A DNA stretch of 64,000 bases from the NCBI GenBank assembly GCA_963851265.1, contig CAWKNZ010000002.1:608001-672000 (forward strand), read 5' to 3'. The DNA comes from an uncultured Gemmatimonadales bacterium (lineage in GTDB: Bacteria > Gemmatimonadota > Gemmatimonadetes > Gemmatimonadales > Gemmatimonadaceae). Positions within the stretch are counted from its first letter, which is position 1, and each line of letters begins with the position of its first letter. The position numbers were made by a program, and so were the translations under genes. The notes beneath the pieces were generated by a model that did no database searches, was not told where the DNA came from, and was given only the letters and a program-made list of their open reading frames with translations. Positions 1 to 15,189 of this stretch are shown piece by piece.

Positions 1-327
1 CACGATGCGGCCGCGCTCGACGATCAGACGCGACTCCGCGCTCTTGATCGTGATGCGGTCCTCGTCGGCCGGCTGCCCCGACGTGCGCTCGGCCACGTGC
101 ACCACCTGCCCGACGATCCCGCCTGCCGTGAGCACCTCGTCGCCGGGGCGGATCTTGCGCACGGTGTCTTGCTGCTGCTTGCGCTGCTGCGCGCTCGGGC
201 GCCAGACGATGAAGTAGAAGATGGCCGCGATCGCGATCGGCGGCAGCAGGTTGGCGAAGATCGCGTTCGGATTACCGCCGAGCTGGAGCAGGGCGAGCGA
301 GGCGACGAAGGGGGCGGGCACGGACAT
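1..327 (-). CDS. yajC: Preprotein translocase subunit YajC (3' end runs off the window)
   Basis: Manual translation from ATG at 327: MSVPAPFV...AIFYFIVWRPSAQQRKQQQDTVRKIRPGDEVLTAGGIVGQV; lies directly downstream of tgt. Confidence 0.9.
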   Translation of the reverse strand, partial: MSVPAPFVASLALLQLGGNPNAIFANLLPPIAIAAIFYFIVWRPSAQQRKQQQDTVRKIRPGDEVLTAGGIVGQVVHVAERTSGQPADEDRITIKSAESRLIVERGRIV

Positions 328-336
328 GCGCGGAAT

Positions 337-2621
<2,285 letters not shown>

Positions 2622-2707
2622 GGCGCGCAAGTTACCGGGTCGGGCGAGCCACCGACCGCGCGCCGCCCGTATTGTGCGCGGCGGCGGCGGGACGTAGCGT
2701 GGGCGGC

Positions 2708-3646
2708 ATGTCGGCCGCGGTCGTTCCCGTCTCCGTCCATGCGGCGCCCGCTGCTCACGAACCGCCCGCGCCGTCGGACGCCCGTCTTCACGCCGCGGGG
2801 GTCGCGGACGTGTGCGTGACCTGTGGGCAGCCCGCGGGCGCGGCATTCTGTCCGCACTGCGGCGAGCGGCGTGCGTCGGACCACGCGTACACTCTCCACG
2901 CGCTCGCGGCAGACGTCTGGGACCACGTGACGCCCGCCGACGGGCGCACGGTTCGCTCGCTCTGGACCCTGGTCCGTCATCCGGGCGCGCTCACGGTGGC
3001 GTACATGCGGGGCGTGCGTCGGCCGTACCTCGCGCCGCTCGGCGTCTTCCTCTTCGTGAACACGGCGTACTTCGTGTACGTCGGCGTGACGCACCAGCGC
3101 ATCTTCAACACGCCGCTCCAACTGCAACTGACGAGTCAGCCGTACTCCGCACTCGCGACGCGGCTCGTCACCGCGCGACTCGCGGCGCGGCACGTCTCGT
3201 ACGCGGTCTACGCCTCGCGGTACGACGCCGTCACCGACACGCAGTCCAGAACGCTCATCGCGGCGATGGTCCCCGGGTTCGCGCTGCTCGTCGCGTTGGT
3301 CTCGGTCCGCCGCCGTCGTGGGGCGCTTCACCATCTGGCGTTCAGCTTCCACGCGCTCGCGATGCTGCTCGTGGTGGTGATGGGCTTCACGCTGCTGGTC
3401 GGGTTCCCGGTGGCGTACGTGGCGGCGGCGCTGCACCGGCGCGCCGAGTGGGCCGGCAGCGACGTCATCGTGTCGTCCATCTTCGCGTTGCTCTTCGGGG
3501 CGTGGCTCGCCGTCGGGTTGCGTCGCGCCTACGGCGACGGGCGGGTCGCGGCGACATTCAAGGCGATCCTCCTCGCGAGCGGGGTCCTGCTCCTGCTCGG
3601 CGGCTACCGCCTGCTGCTCTTCTTCACGACGTTCTGGGCCACGTGA
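2708..3646 (+). CDS. DUF3667-like membrane protein with N-terminal zinc ribbon
   Basis: CxxC...FCPHCGE zinc ribbon, TLVRHPGALTVAYMRGVRRPYLAP motif, several hydrophobic helices. Confidence 0.75.
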   Translation: MSAAVVPVSVHAAPAAHEPPAPSDARLHAAGVADVCVTCGQPAGAAFCPHCGERRASDHAYTLHALAADVWDHVTPADGRTVRSLWTLVRHPGALTVAYMRGVRRPYLAPLGVFLFVNTAYFVYVGVTHQRIFNTPLQLQLTSQPYSALATRLVTARLAARHVSYAVYASRYDAVTDTQSRTLIAAMVPGFALLVALVSVRRRRGALHHLAFSFHALAMLLVVVMGFTLLVGFPVAYVAAALHRRAEWAGSDVIVSSIFALLFGAWLAVGLRRAYGDGRVAATFKAILLASGVLLLLGGYRLLLFFTTFWAT

Positions 3647-3682
3647 CGCCGAGCGCGGGTGCCGAGCCCCGCGCCCATCCGC

Positions 3683-4822
<1,140 letters not shown>

Positions 4823-5291
4823 GCGCGCGAGGGATCGGCCGGCGGGGGGACGGGTCGCAATATACACCGAACAGGACCCGAAGATGCACCGTGCGGTCGT
4901 CCTCTGTCGGACCCGGACCGGATCTGTTCGCGGTCAGGTCCGCGCCCTATCTTGGCGCGCCGCCTTGAAGCGGCCGGGGCGACGACGCACGGTGGCGCGC
5001 TGCGTCCGGCCTCGCCGCCCGCTCTCCGATCCCCTCTCGCATGCGCGCGTTTTCTGCTCCCGCCGTCGCGCCGCCGAGCATCGCGTCGGGTCCGCGCCGC
5101 GCCACGGCGGGGGTGGGGCGCCATGCGCCCGCCCCGCCCGCACCGGCGCTGCCCCGCACGACGGCCGCGAATCGACCAGCGGGGGCTCCGGACGCCTCTC
5201 CCGTCGATGCCCGGCGCGCCGACGCCTATCCTGTGGCTGGGTAGGACGGATGAGGGCGGACCGGGTTCGGGGGTCGCGCAGCCACGACCCG

Positions 5292-6839
5292 ATGCTCACG
5301 ATCATGTGGGCCGCCGTCGAACAGGCGTCGGACGTCGTGATGATCACGGACGCAGTGCTCGAGCCTCCCGGGCCGAAGATCGTCTACGTCAATCCGGCGT
5401 TCACGCGGATGACCGGCTATTCCCCGGCGGAGGTTCTCGGCCGGTCCCCGCGGATGCTTCAGGGCCCGCAGACGGATCGCGCGATGCTCGATCGCCTGCG
5501 AGCCGCGTGCGCGGCCGGTGAATGCTTCGACGCGCGTACGGTGAATTACCGGAAGGATGGGACGACGTACCTGGTGCGGTGGCAGATCGCGCCGGTGCGC
5601 GCCGCCGCGGGCGCGATCTCGCACTTCGTCGCGATCCAGCAAGACGTGACGACGCTGGCCCAGCTCGAGGACCGCGTCCAGCACGCGCAGAAGATGGAGG
5701 CGATCGGGCGGCTGGCCGGCGGCGTCGCGCACGATTTCAACAACCTGCTCACGATCATCACGGCGGGAACGCGCTTCGCGGTCGAGGTGCTGCCGTCCGA
5801 CCACCCGGCCACCGCCGACCTCGCCGACGTGGAGGCCGCGGCGGCGCGCGCGGCCGCGCTGACGCGGCAGCTCCTCGCCTTCAGCCGGCAGCAGGTCCGA
5901 CGCCCCGAGACGCTCGACGTCAACGTGATCGTCGCGAACGTCGAACGGATGCTGACGCGCCTGATCGGCGAGGACGTCCGGCTCGTCACCGAACTCACCC
6001 GCGGCCCGGTGAGCGTCGTCGCCGACCCCGCACAGCTCGAGCAGGTGCTGTTCAACCTCGCCGTCAACGCGCGCGACGCGATGCCCGACGGCGGGACGAT
6101 GACCATCGGCACGCAGGTCGTCGCGGGCGCCGGGCTTCCAGACGGGCAGCGACCGACGGGCAGCGCGCCGGACGCCCCGTTCGCGATCCTGAGCGTCGCG
6201 GACACCGGCTGCGGGATGGACGCGGCGACGCTCGAGCGGGCGTTCGACCCGTTCTTCACCACCAAGGGCGTCGGGCACGGCACCGGCCTGGGACTCGCGA
6301 CGGTCCACGGCATCGTCGAACAGTCGGGCGGCGTGGTGCGCATCGAGAGCGCACCCGGTGCCGGCACGCGGGTGCGCATCGCGCTGCCCCTCGTCGAGCG
6401 CCGGGCCACGCCGCGGTGGGCCGGTCACGTCGTCCCGCCTGCCGGCGGTCTCGCGACGGTGCTCCTCGTCGAGGATGACCGGGCCGTCCGCGCCGTGACC
6501 AAGCGCGTCCTCGCGCGCGCAGGTTACGCCGTCATCGAGGCGCGCGACTCGGCGAGCGCGCTCGCGGCGTGGCACGACTCCGCCGACGGGGCCGGGATCG
6601 ACGCGCTCGTCACCGACGTCGTGATGCCTAACGGTGGCGGCTACGACCTGATGATGCAGCTGCGCGCGGCGCGGCCGCAGCTCCCCGCGGTGCTGGTCTC
6701 GGGCTACGCGCCCGACGCGCGCGTGCAGTCGCTGCTCGCCGCCGAGGGGGAAACGACGGCGTTCCTGGAGAAGCCGTTCCACGCCGGCGCGCTGTCCGAC
6801 CAGGTCGCGCGCGTGCTCCGGGCCGCCCGCGCGGTGTGA
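5292..6839 (+). CDS. PAS (LOV-like) hybrid sensor histidine kinase with receiver domain
   Basis: PAS/PAC; H-box LAGGVAHDFNNLL; NARDAM, DTGCGM, FFTTK, GTGLGL; C-terminal receiver. Start codon uncertain (5250 or 5292). Confidence 0.9.
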   Translation: MLTIMWAAVEQASDVVMITDAVLEPPGPKIVYVNPAFTRMTGYSPAEVLGRSPRMLQGPQTDRAMLDRLRAACAAGECFDARTVNYRKDGTTYLVRWQIAPVRAAAGAISHFVAIQQDVTTLAQLEDRVQHAQKMEAIGRLAGGVAHDFNNLLTIITAGTRFAVEVLPSDHPATADLADVEAAAARAAALTRQLLAFSRQQVRRPETLDVNVIVANVERMLTRLIGEDVRLVTELTRGPVSVVADPAQLEQVLFNLAVNARDAMPDGGTMTIGTQVVAGAGLPDGQRPTGSAPDAPFAILSVADTGCGMDAATLERAFDPFFTTKGVGHGTGLGLATVHGIVEQSGGVVRIESAPGAGTRVRIALPLVERRATPRWAGHVVPPAGGLATVLLVEDDRAVRAVTKRVLARAGYAVIEARDSASALAAWHDSADGAGIDALVTDVVMPNGGGYDLMMQLRAARPQLPAVLVSGYAPDARVQSLLAAEGETTAFLEKPFHAGALSDQVARVLRAARAV

Positions 6840-6864
6840 TCGCGCGGGCGGCGCGCACCTCCGC

Positions 6865-8040
6865 TCAACTGGTGCCGGCGACGGCGAGGGTCGCGAGTCG
6901 CTCGACCGCGGCTTCGAGGGTCTCGGCGCGCTTGCAGAATGCAAAGCGTATCATCCGCGATCGCTCCTCCGCCGGCAGAAAGCTCGACACCGGCACGGTC
7001 GCCACGCCGACCTCGCGCGCGAGCCAGTGGGCGAAGGTCCGGTCGTCGTCGTCGGAGTGTGCGTCGTAGCCGGCGAGCACGTAGTACGCGCCCTCGGGCG
7101 GCGTGAGCGTGAAGCCGGCCTCGACGAGTGCGCCACAGAGCAGATCACGCCGCGCGCGGTAGTCGGCCGCGAGGTGGTTGTAGTAGTCGGCGTCGAAGGC
7201 CATCCCGACCGCGCCCGCGGCCTGCAGCGGAGCGGGCGCGCCGACGGTGAGGAAGTCGTGGACCTTGCGGATCGCGCTCGTCGCCGCGGCCGGGGCGATG
7301 GCGTAGCCGAGTCGCCAGCCGGTGCAGCTGAACGTCTTCGAGAGGCCGGAGATCGTCACCGTGCGCTCGCGCATCCCCGGCCAGGTCGCGACGGGGTGGT
7401 GGTGGCCGGTGTAGACGATGTGCTCGTAAATCTCGTCGGTGAACACCCAGGGCACGTCGTACTGCTGCACGAGGCGCGCGACGAGGTCCATCTCCGCGCG
7501 CGTGAACACCTTGCCGGTCGGGTTGTGCGGGGTGTTGAGCACGATGGCCTTCGGGCGCCGGGCGAGCGCGGCCGTGAGGCGTGCTTCGTCCAGCGTCCAC
7601 GGCCCCTCGCCGCCCGCAGGGGGGGTGAGCGGCACGTAGACGGGCCGCGCGCCGGCGAGGATCGCGTCGGGGCCGTAGTTCTCGTAGTACGGCGTGAGCA
7701 CGACGACCTCGTCGCCCGGGTCCACCAGCGCGAGGAACACCGACGCCATCGCCTCGGTCGCGCCGCACGTGACCGTCACCTCGCGGTCGGGATCGACCTC
7801 CATGCCGTACCAGCGGCGGTACTTCTCCGCAATCGCGAGGCGCAGGGCGGGGCTCCCCCACGTCACCGCGTACTGGTTGACGTCGCCGTGGATGGCCGCG
7901 CACGCCGCGTCCTTCATTGGCGCGGGCATCGGGAAGTCGGGGAAACCCTGCGCAAGGTTGATCGCGCCGTGCTGCTGCGCAACGCGGGTCATCTCGCGAA
8001 TGACGCTCTCGGTGAAACTCGAGGCGCGGTGTGAGGTCAC
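6865..8040 (-). CDS. PLP-dependent aminotransferase class I/II
   Basis: INLAQGFPDF, NTPHNPTG, DEIYEH, SKTFSCTGWRLG. Confidence 0.92.
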   Translation of the reverse strand: MTSHRASSFTESVIREMTRVAQQHGAINLAQGFPDFPMPAPMKDAACAAIHGDVNQYAVTWGSPALRLAIAEKYRRWYGMEVDPDREVTVTCGATEAMASVFLALVDPGDEVVVLTPYYENYGPDAILAGARPVYVPLTPPAGGEGPWTLDEARLTAALARRPKAIVLNTPHNPTGKVFTRAEMDLVARLVQQYDVPWVFTDEIYEHIVYTGHHHPVATWPGMRERTVTISGLSKTFSCTGWRLGYAIAPAAATSAIRKVHDFLTVGAPAPLQAAGAVGMAFDADYYNHLAADYRARRDLLCGALVEAGFTLTPPEGAYYVLAGYDAHSDDDDRTFAHWLAREVGVATVPVSSFLPAEERSRMIRFAFCKRAETLEAAVERLATLAVAGTS

Positions 8041-8181
8041 GGCACGCGGGGTGAAGGGAAGCGCGTCCAGCGCACGGCGGCGCCGGCGCGACGCGGGAAA
8101 CGATCCCGCGGACGTGGAGCCGTCAAGCGCCCCGTCGCGCGCCCGGTTCGGCGTGCCGCGCTCTCACCGACTCTCGTTCCG

Positions 8182-9204
8182 ATGACGCTTCCCACCCGCC
8201 CATTCGGCCGCACCGGCCTGCAGATCACCACCGTCGGCTTCGGTTCGTGGGCGGCCGGCGGCCCCGGCTACGCCTTCGGCTGGGGTGCGCAGGACGACGC
8301 CGCGTCGATCGCCGCGATGCGGCACGCCGTCGAGCGCGGCGTCAACTGGATCGACACCGCGGCCGTGTACGGCCTCGGCCATTCCGAAGAACTCGTCGGC
8401 CGCCTGCTGCGCGAGCTGCCGGCGAACGAGCGCCCGCTCGTCTTCACCAAGTGCGGGCTCGTGTGGGACCCGGCCCACCCCGCGGGCGAGATCAAGCGCG
8501 ACCTCCGCCCCGAGGCGATCCGGCAGGGCTGCGAGGATTCGCTCCGCCGGCTCGGCGTCGAGGCGATCGACCTCTTCCAGTTCCACTGGCCCGACGAGAC
8601 GGGCACGCCCATCGAGGACTCGTGGGGCACCATGCTCCAGCTCGTGCGGGAGGGCAAGGTGCGCCACCCCGCAGTGTCCAACTTCGACGTGGACCTGCTC
8701 GACCGCTGCGAGCGCGTGGGTCACGTCGAGTCGCTGCAGCCGCCGTTCTCGCTCCTGCGACGCCAGGTCGCCGAGCGCGAGCTGCCGTGGTGCGCCGCGC
8801 ACCACACCGGCGTGATCGTCTACAGCCCGATGCAGTCGGGCATCCTCACCGAGCGCTTCTCGGTCGAACGGGTACGCGAGCTGCCCGACGACGACTGGCG
8901 CAAGCGCACGCCCGAGTTCCAGCCACCACAGGCCGAGAAGAACGTCGCGCTACGCGACGCGTTGCGGCCCGTCGCCGAACGCCACGGCGAAACGGTGAGC
9001 GCGGTCGCGGTCGCGTGGACGACGCACTGGCCCGGTGTGACGGCGGCCATCGTTGGGGCGCGGTCGGCCGAGCAGGTCGACGGGTGGATCGGGGCCGGGG
9101 CGTTGCAGCTGACCGCGGACGATCTCGAAGAGATCGCTGCGGCGGTGGAGCGGACGGGGGCGGGGAAGGGTCCGGTGCGCCCCGCGGTGGCGGCGAGGTC
9201 CTGA
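8182..9204 (+). CDS. Aldo/keto reductase
   Basis: WIDTAAVYGLGHSEE, TKCG, DLFQFHWPD, SNF, YSPMQSG. Confidence 0.92.
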   Translation: MTLPTRPFGRTGLQITTVGFGSWAAGGPGYAFGWGAQDDAASIAAMRHAVERGVNWIDTAAVYGLGHSEELVGRLLRELPANERPLVFTKCGLVWDPAHPAGEIKRDLRPEAIRQGCEDSLRRLGVEAIDLFQFHWPDETGTPIEDSWGTMLQLVREGKVRHPAVSNFDVDLLDRCERVGHVESLQPPFSLLRRQVAERELPWCAAHHTGVIVYSPMQSGILTERFSVERVRELPDDDWRKRTPEFQPPQAEKNVALRDALRPVAERHGETVSAVAVAWTTHWPGVTAAIVGARSAEQVDGWIGAGALQLTADDLEEIAAAVERTGAGKGPVRPAVAARS

Positions 9205-9230
9205 CGCCGCGCGACGACGCGACCGGCGGC

Positions 9231-9839
9231 CTACCTCCCGCCCAACTTCGCCAGCCCCGCCCGGATCAGCTCCGTCGCACTCAACTTTCCGCCGCCGTCG
9301 TCGATCGCCCCTTTCACCCCGCGCTCGGCGTCGGCGGTCGTATACCCGAGCGACACGAGCGCGCGGATCGCGTCGTCCGCCGCGTTCCCGCCGCCCGCCG
9401 CCCGCGCCGCACCCGGCCCCGTGTCGACCTGCACGTCGCCGAGCTTGTCCGCGAGGTCGAGCACGATCTGCTCGGCCTTCTTCTTTCCAACCCGCGGCAC
9501 GCTCTGCAGCGTGGCCACGTCCCGCTCCCGGATCGCGCGCGACAGGCGTTCGGCCGTGAGCGCCGAGAGCATGCCTAACGCGAGCGCCGGCCCCACACCC
9601 TTGGCCGTCATCACGCGCTGAAAGACGCGGCGCTCGAACGCGCTCGAGAACCCGTAGAGCTGCCACCCGTCCTCGCGCACGACGAGGTGCGTGTGCAGCG
9701 CGGCGTCCTCCCCGAGTTTGGGCAGCCCCTCGTACACCGACAGCGGGATCGCCAGCTCGTAGCCGACCCCGCCCTTCGTCAGGATCTCGACCCGGTCGAG
9801 ATCCTTCGCGACGACCCGCCCCGCGACGTGGGCGATCAT
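9231..9839 (-). CDS. ruvA: Holliday junction DNA-binding protein RuvA
   Basis: MIAHVAG, GVGYE, HLVVRED, LYGF, HhH motifs GVGP and PRVGKK, ALVSLGY. Confidence 0.96.
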   Translation of the reverse strand: MIAHVAGRVVAKDLDRVEILTKGGVGYELAIPLSVYEGLPKLGEDAALHTHLVVREDGWQLYGFSSAFERRVFQRVMTAKGVGPALALGMLSALTAERLSRAIRERDVATLQSVPRVGKKKAEQIVLDLADKLGDVQVDTGPGAARAAGGGNAADDAIRALVSLGYTTADAERGVKGAIDDGGGKLSATELIRAGLAKLGGR

Positions 9840-10417
9840 CGCGCCCCCCGCAGCGTGAACGCGTTCGGCAGCAGCGCGGGCGCGGGCAGCGCGGGCTCGG
9901 GCATCCGCGCCTCGCGGACGCGCGGCGCGGCGCGCGGCGCGGGCAGCGTCGGAGCCATGCAGAACGTGAGCGCCGCCGCCACGCCGTCGGCGGCGTCCGA
10001 CGGCGTGGGAACCGACTTGAGGCGCAGCAGGCGTGTCAACATGAACTGGACCTGCTCCTTGGTGGCCGACCCCGTACCGACGACCGCCTTCTTGATCTCG
10101 GCCGGCGGGAACTCGTGCACGTCCAGCCCCGCCAACTCGCCGGCGAGCAGGATCACGCCGCGAGCGTGGCCGAGGGTGACGGTGGTGCGGACGTTCTTGG
10201 CGTAGAACACACTCTCGACCGCCATCGTGTCCGGGCGGTGGCGGGCGATCAGCTCGGCGACCCCTTCGTACACCTCGCGCAGCCGCGCGGGGAGCGGGTC
10301 GCGTGCGCGCGTGCGCACCACCCCGCACTCCACCAGCCGCGTGAGCCCGCCGCGGTCGCGCTCGACGACGCCGTAGCCCGTGGCCGCCGTGCCCGGGTCG
10401 ATCCCGAGGACCCGCAT
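9836..10417 (-). CDS. ruvC: Crossover junction endodeoxyribonuclease RuvC
   Basis: MRVLGIDPG, VESVF, LGHARGV, KEQV, DAADG. Confidence 0.96.
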   Translation of the reverse strand: MRVLGIDPGTAATGYGVVERDRGGLTRLVECGVVRTRARDPLPARLREVYEGVAELIARHRPDTMAVESVFYAKNVRTTVTLGHARGVILLAGELAGLDVHEFPPAEIKKAVVGTGSATKEQVQFMLTRLLRLKSVPTPSDAADGVAAALTFCMAPTLPAPRAAPRVREARMPEPALPAPALLPNAFTLRGAR

Positions 10418-10437
10418 GGGATGGCCGGCCGTGCGGC

Positions 10438-11181
10438 CTACGCCTCCGCCATCGCGTCCGCGTCGATGTCGAAGTTGCCCTCGACCTTCTGCACGTCGTC
10501 CAGATCCTCGAGCGCGTCGAGCAGTTTGACCAGCTGCTGCGCGTCGGTGCCGGCGACGTGCACCGTGTTCTTGGGGACCATCGCGATCTGCGCCTCGGCC
10601 GTCGGGATTCCCTTCGCCTCGAGCGCCTCGCGCACCGTCTGCAGCGACGTCGGGTCGGTGGTCACGACGAAGAGGTCTTCCTCGCGCGCGACGTCCTCGG
10701 CACCCGCGTCGAGCGCGGCCTCCATCACCGTGTCCTCGTCGAACTTGGTCGCGTCCACCTGCAGCTGCCCGCGGCGGTCGAACATCCACGACACCGAGTT
10801 GCTGGCGCCGAGGTTGCCGCCGCCGCGCGAGAGCTTGTGGCGCACGTCGGCGACCGTGCGGGTGGGATTGTCGGTGAGCGCCTGGATCATGAGCGCCACG
10901 CCGCCCGGCCCGTACGCCTCGTACAGGACCTCCTGGTAGTCGACACCCTCGAGCTCGCCCGTGCCCTTCTTGACGGCGCGCTCGATGTTCTCCTTTGGCA
11001 TCGAATTCGCGCGCGCCGTGTCGATCGCGAGCCGGAGCCGCGGATTCCCGCCGGGGTCACCCCCGCCGAATTTCGCCGCGACCGTGATCTCGCGGATGAG
11101 CTTCGTGAACAGCGCCCCGCGCTTCGCGTCGGTGGCCGCCTTGTAGTGCTTGATCTGCTTCCATTTGCTGTGGCCGGCCAT
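10438..11181 (-). CDS. yebC: YebC/PmpR family protein
   Basis: MAGHSKW, NPRLRLAI, YEAYGPGG, LEDLDDVQKV. Confidence 0.96.
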   Translation of the reverse strand: MAGHSKWKQIKHYKAATDAKRGALFTKLIREITVAAKFGGGDPGGNPRLRLAIDTARANSMPKENIERAVKKGTGELEGVDYQEVLYEAYGPGGVALMIQALTDNPTRTVADVRHKLSRGGGNLGASNSVSWMFDRRGQLQVDATKFDEDTVMEAALDAGAEDVAREEDLFVVTTDPTSLQTVREALEAKGIPTAEAQIAMVPKNTVHVAGTDAQQLVKLLDALEDLDDVQKVEGNFDIDADAMAEA

Positions 11182-11273
11182 CGGGGCGTGCTCGTTCTCG
11201 GGTGTCGGGTGTGGGCGGTGGTACAAACACCAAACATATAGCCCGCTCCCGGCGACGGTTACATTCCCGCCCC

Positions 11274-13126
<1,853 letters not shown>

Positions 13127-13130
<4 letters not shown>

Positions 13131-14200
13131 CGCGCGTGCTCTTCTACCATCCCGACGGAACCGCCGACGCCCGTGCGCGCGCGTTCGTCGCCGCGGCGCA
13201 CGGGCTCGCCGCGACGGGCCGGCACGTGGCGTTCGCGACCGTCGCCCCGCGTGAGCCCGACGCGCGCCCGAGCGGGGCCGCAGCGCTCGCCGCCGCAGCC
13301 GGCGTGCCGGTCGTGGCGCTCCCCGCCGCCACGTCGCTGGTGGGCGCGACCGCCGAACTCTCGCGTGCCGTCCGCGCCGAGCTCGCCGAGGTCGTGTTCG
13401 TGCACGGCGCGCGCGCGCAGGTCGTCGCGGCGTGGGCCGCGTGGCGCGCTGGCCGCGCGGCCGTCGTGCGCCGCGTGGGCGCCGGCGACGCCGTCACACT
13501 CGGCACCGCGGCACGGGCGGCGCTCCGCACGACGGCCACGGGTTTTCTGTGCACCTGGCCCGACCAGAGCGCGGCCGTGCCGGCGGCGGCCAGGCTCGGG
13601 TCGGTGGTCGCGGACCTCGGCGTCGCCGAGCGGGCGCCCGCGCCGGACGGCCGGGGGTGTCACCTGCGGTGCACGGTCGCGCCTGGGGCGGAACAGCGCG
13701 CCGCGCTGGTGCTGCGTGCGGCCGCGATGATCGCGCCGCGCCACCGCGACCTGCAACTCGCGCTGGTTGGCTCGGGCGCGCACGACGAGTCGATCTCGAT
13801 GCACGCGGCCGCGCTCGGCATCCGCCATCTCGTCGCCTTCGACGAGACCGTCTCCGCAGGCACGCCCGACCCCGACGTCGCATGGGTCGTCGCCGACGGC
13901 GATGCGGGCGCGTTCGGCGCGCTCGACGCGATGGCGGCAGGGGTCCCGGTGCTCGCGGAACGGGGGAGCGCGCCGGCGCGCTACGTCGTCGACGGCGTGA
14001 CCGGGGTGCTGCTCGCGCCCGACGATGTCCCGTCGACCGCGGCCGTGCTCGCGCGACTCCTGGGGCATGCCGACGTGCGCGCGACGATGGGCGCCGCGGG
14101 TCGAAGCCGCGCGCGGCGCACGTACCCGGAATCGGCGATGATCGACGGTTTCGCGCGTGCCGCGGACGTCGCGCGCGACCGCGGGCGGTGGCGCGGGTGA
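13127..14200 (+). CDS. Glycosyltransferase (GT4-like, divergent)
   Basis: C-terminal AFGALDAMAAGVPVL...VVDGVTGVL...MGAAGR GT-B signature; GTGA overlap with the upstream gene. Confidence 0.75.
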
Positions 14201-15189
14201 GTGCGGCGCCCACCGACGCCGCGCCGGCGCAGGCTCCGCGGCCCGCTGCCGACCCGCGCCCCGTGGTCGCCCGGCACCGGGCCGAGTTCGCGGCGCTCCG
14301 CGCCGCGCTCGCCGGCCTCGGGGTGCTGCCCTGGCCGCGCGCGACCGCCGTCGGCGCGGCGCTCGGCCGTGCGGGGTACCGCCCGTTCGGCATACGTCGC
14401 GACGTGGTCGAAGCGCAGATCGCCGCGGCGTTCCCCGACTGGGGGGCCGCGCGCGTGCGCGAGGTCGCGGCCGCCTCGTACGCCTCGCTCGGCCGCACGA
14501 CGATCGAGGCCGCGCTGCTCCCTGCGTTAGGCAGTCGCGGCGTGCTCGACCTGTTCGCCGAGGTGGACGGGTGGGAGGTGCTCGAGGCCGCGCGCGCGGA
14601 GGGGCGCGGCGTCATTCTCGTCACCGGGCACCTCGGCAACTGGGAGGTGGGCGGCGCGTACGTCGCCGCGCGCGGCGTCCCCATCGACGGCATCGCACGG
14701 CAGCAGGAGAACCCGCTGTTCGACCGCTTCCTCACGAGCACGCGCGAACGGCTCGGGATGCGGGTGGTGTGGGACGGCGACGCGGTGCGCCGCGCGCCGC
14801 GCGCGCTGCACGCCGGGCGCGTGGTCGCCTTCCTGGTCGACCAGGGCACGTTGGGGCTCGCGTCGACGTGGGTCCCGTTCTTCGGGCGCCCGGCCAAGAC
14901 GCCGCGCGGGCCGGCGGTGTTCGCGTTGCGCCTCGGCGCGCCGGTGGTGTTCGGCGCGGCCGTACGCCGTCCCGACGGCCGCTTCCGCCTCGGCTTCGAG
15001 CGCGTGCCGGTCGCGCCCACCGGCGACCGGGAGCGCGACGTCGACGCCATCGTCGCCGCCTACACCGCGACACTCGAGCGGTGGGTCCGCCGCACGCCCG
15101 AGCAGTACTTCTGGCAGCATCGCCGCTGGAAGCACCAGCCCGCGCCGGGCGACCGCGGCGCGGCCGTCCCGCAGGCGGTAGGCGCGTGA
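14197..15189 (+). CDS. Lipid A biosynthesis acyltransferase (LpxL/HtrB family)
   Basis: TGHLGNWE, LVDQ, VPFFGRPA, PEQYFWQHRRWK. Confidence 0.9.
   Translation: MSAAPTDAAPAQAPRPAADPRPVVARHRAEFAALRAALAGLGVLPWPRATAVGAALGRAGYRPFGIRRDVVEAQIAAAFPDWGAARVREVAAASYASLGRTTIEAALLPALGSRGVLDLFAEVDGWEVLEAARAEGRGVILVTGHLGNWEVGGAYVAARGVPIDGIARQQENPLFDRFLTSTRERLGMRVVWDGDAVRRAPRALHAGRVVAFLVDQGTLGLASTWVPFFGRPAKTPRGPAVFALRLGAPVVFGAAVRRPDGRFRLGFERVPVAPTGDRERDVDAIVAAYTATLERWVRRTPEQYFWQHRRWKHQPAPGDRGAAVPQAVGA

Noticed and set aside
14525..14532. Resemblance of the TTAGGC core to a eukaryotic telomeric repeat
   Set aside because: Copies are isolated and never tandem; treated as coincidence.
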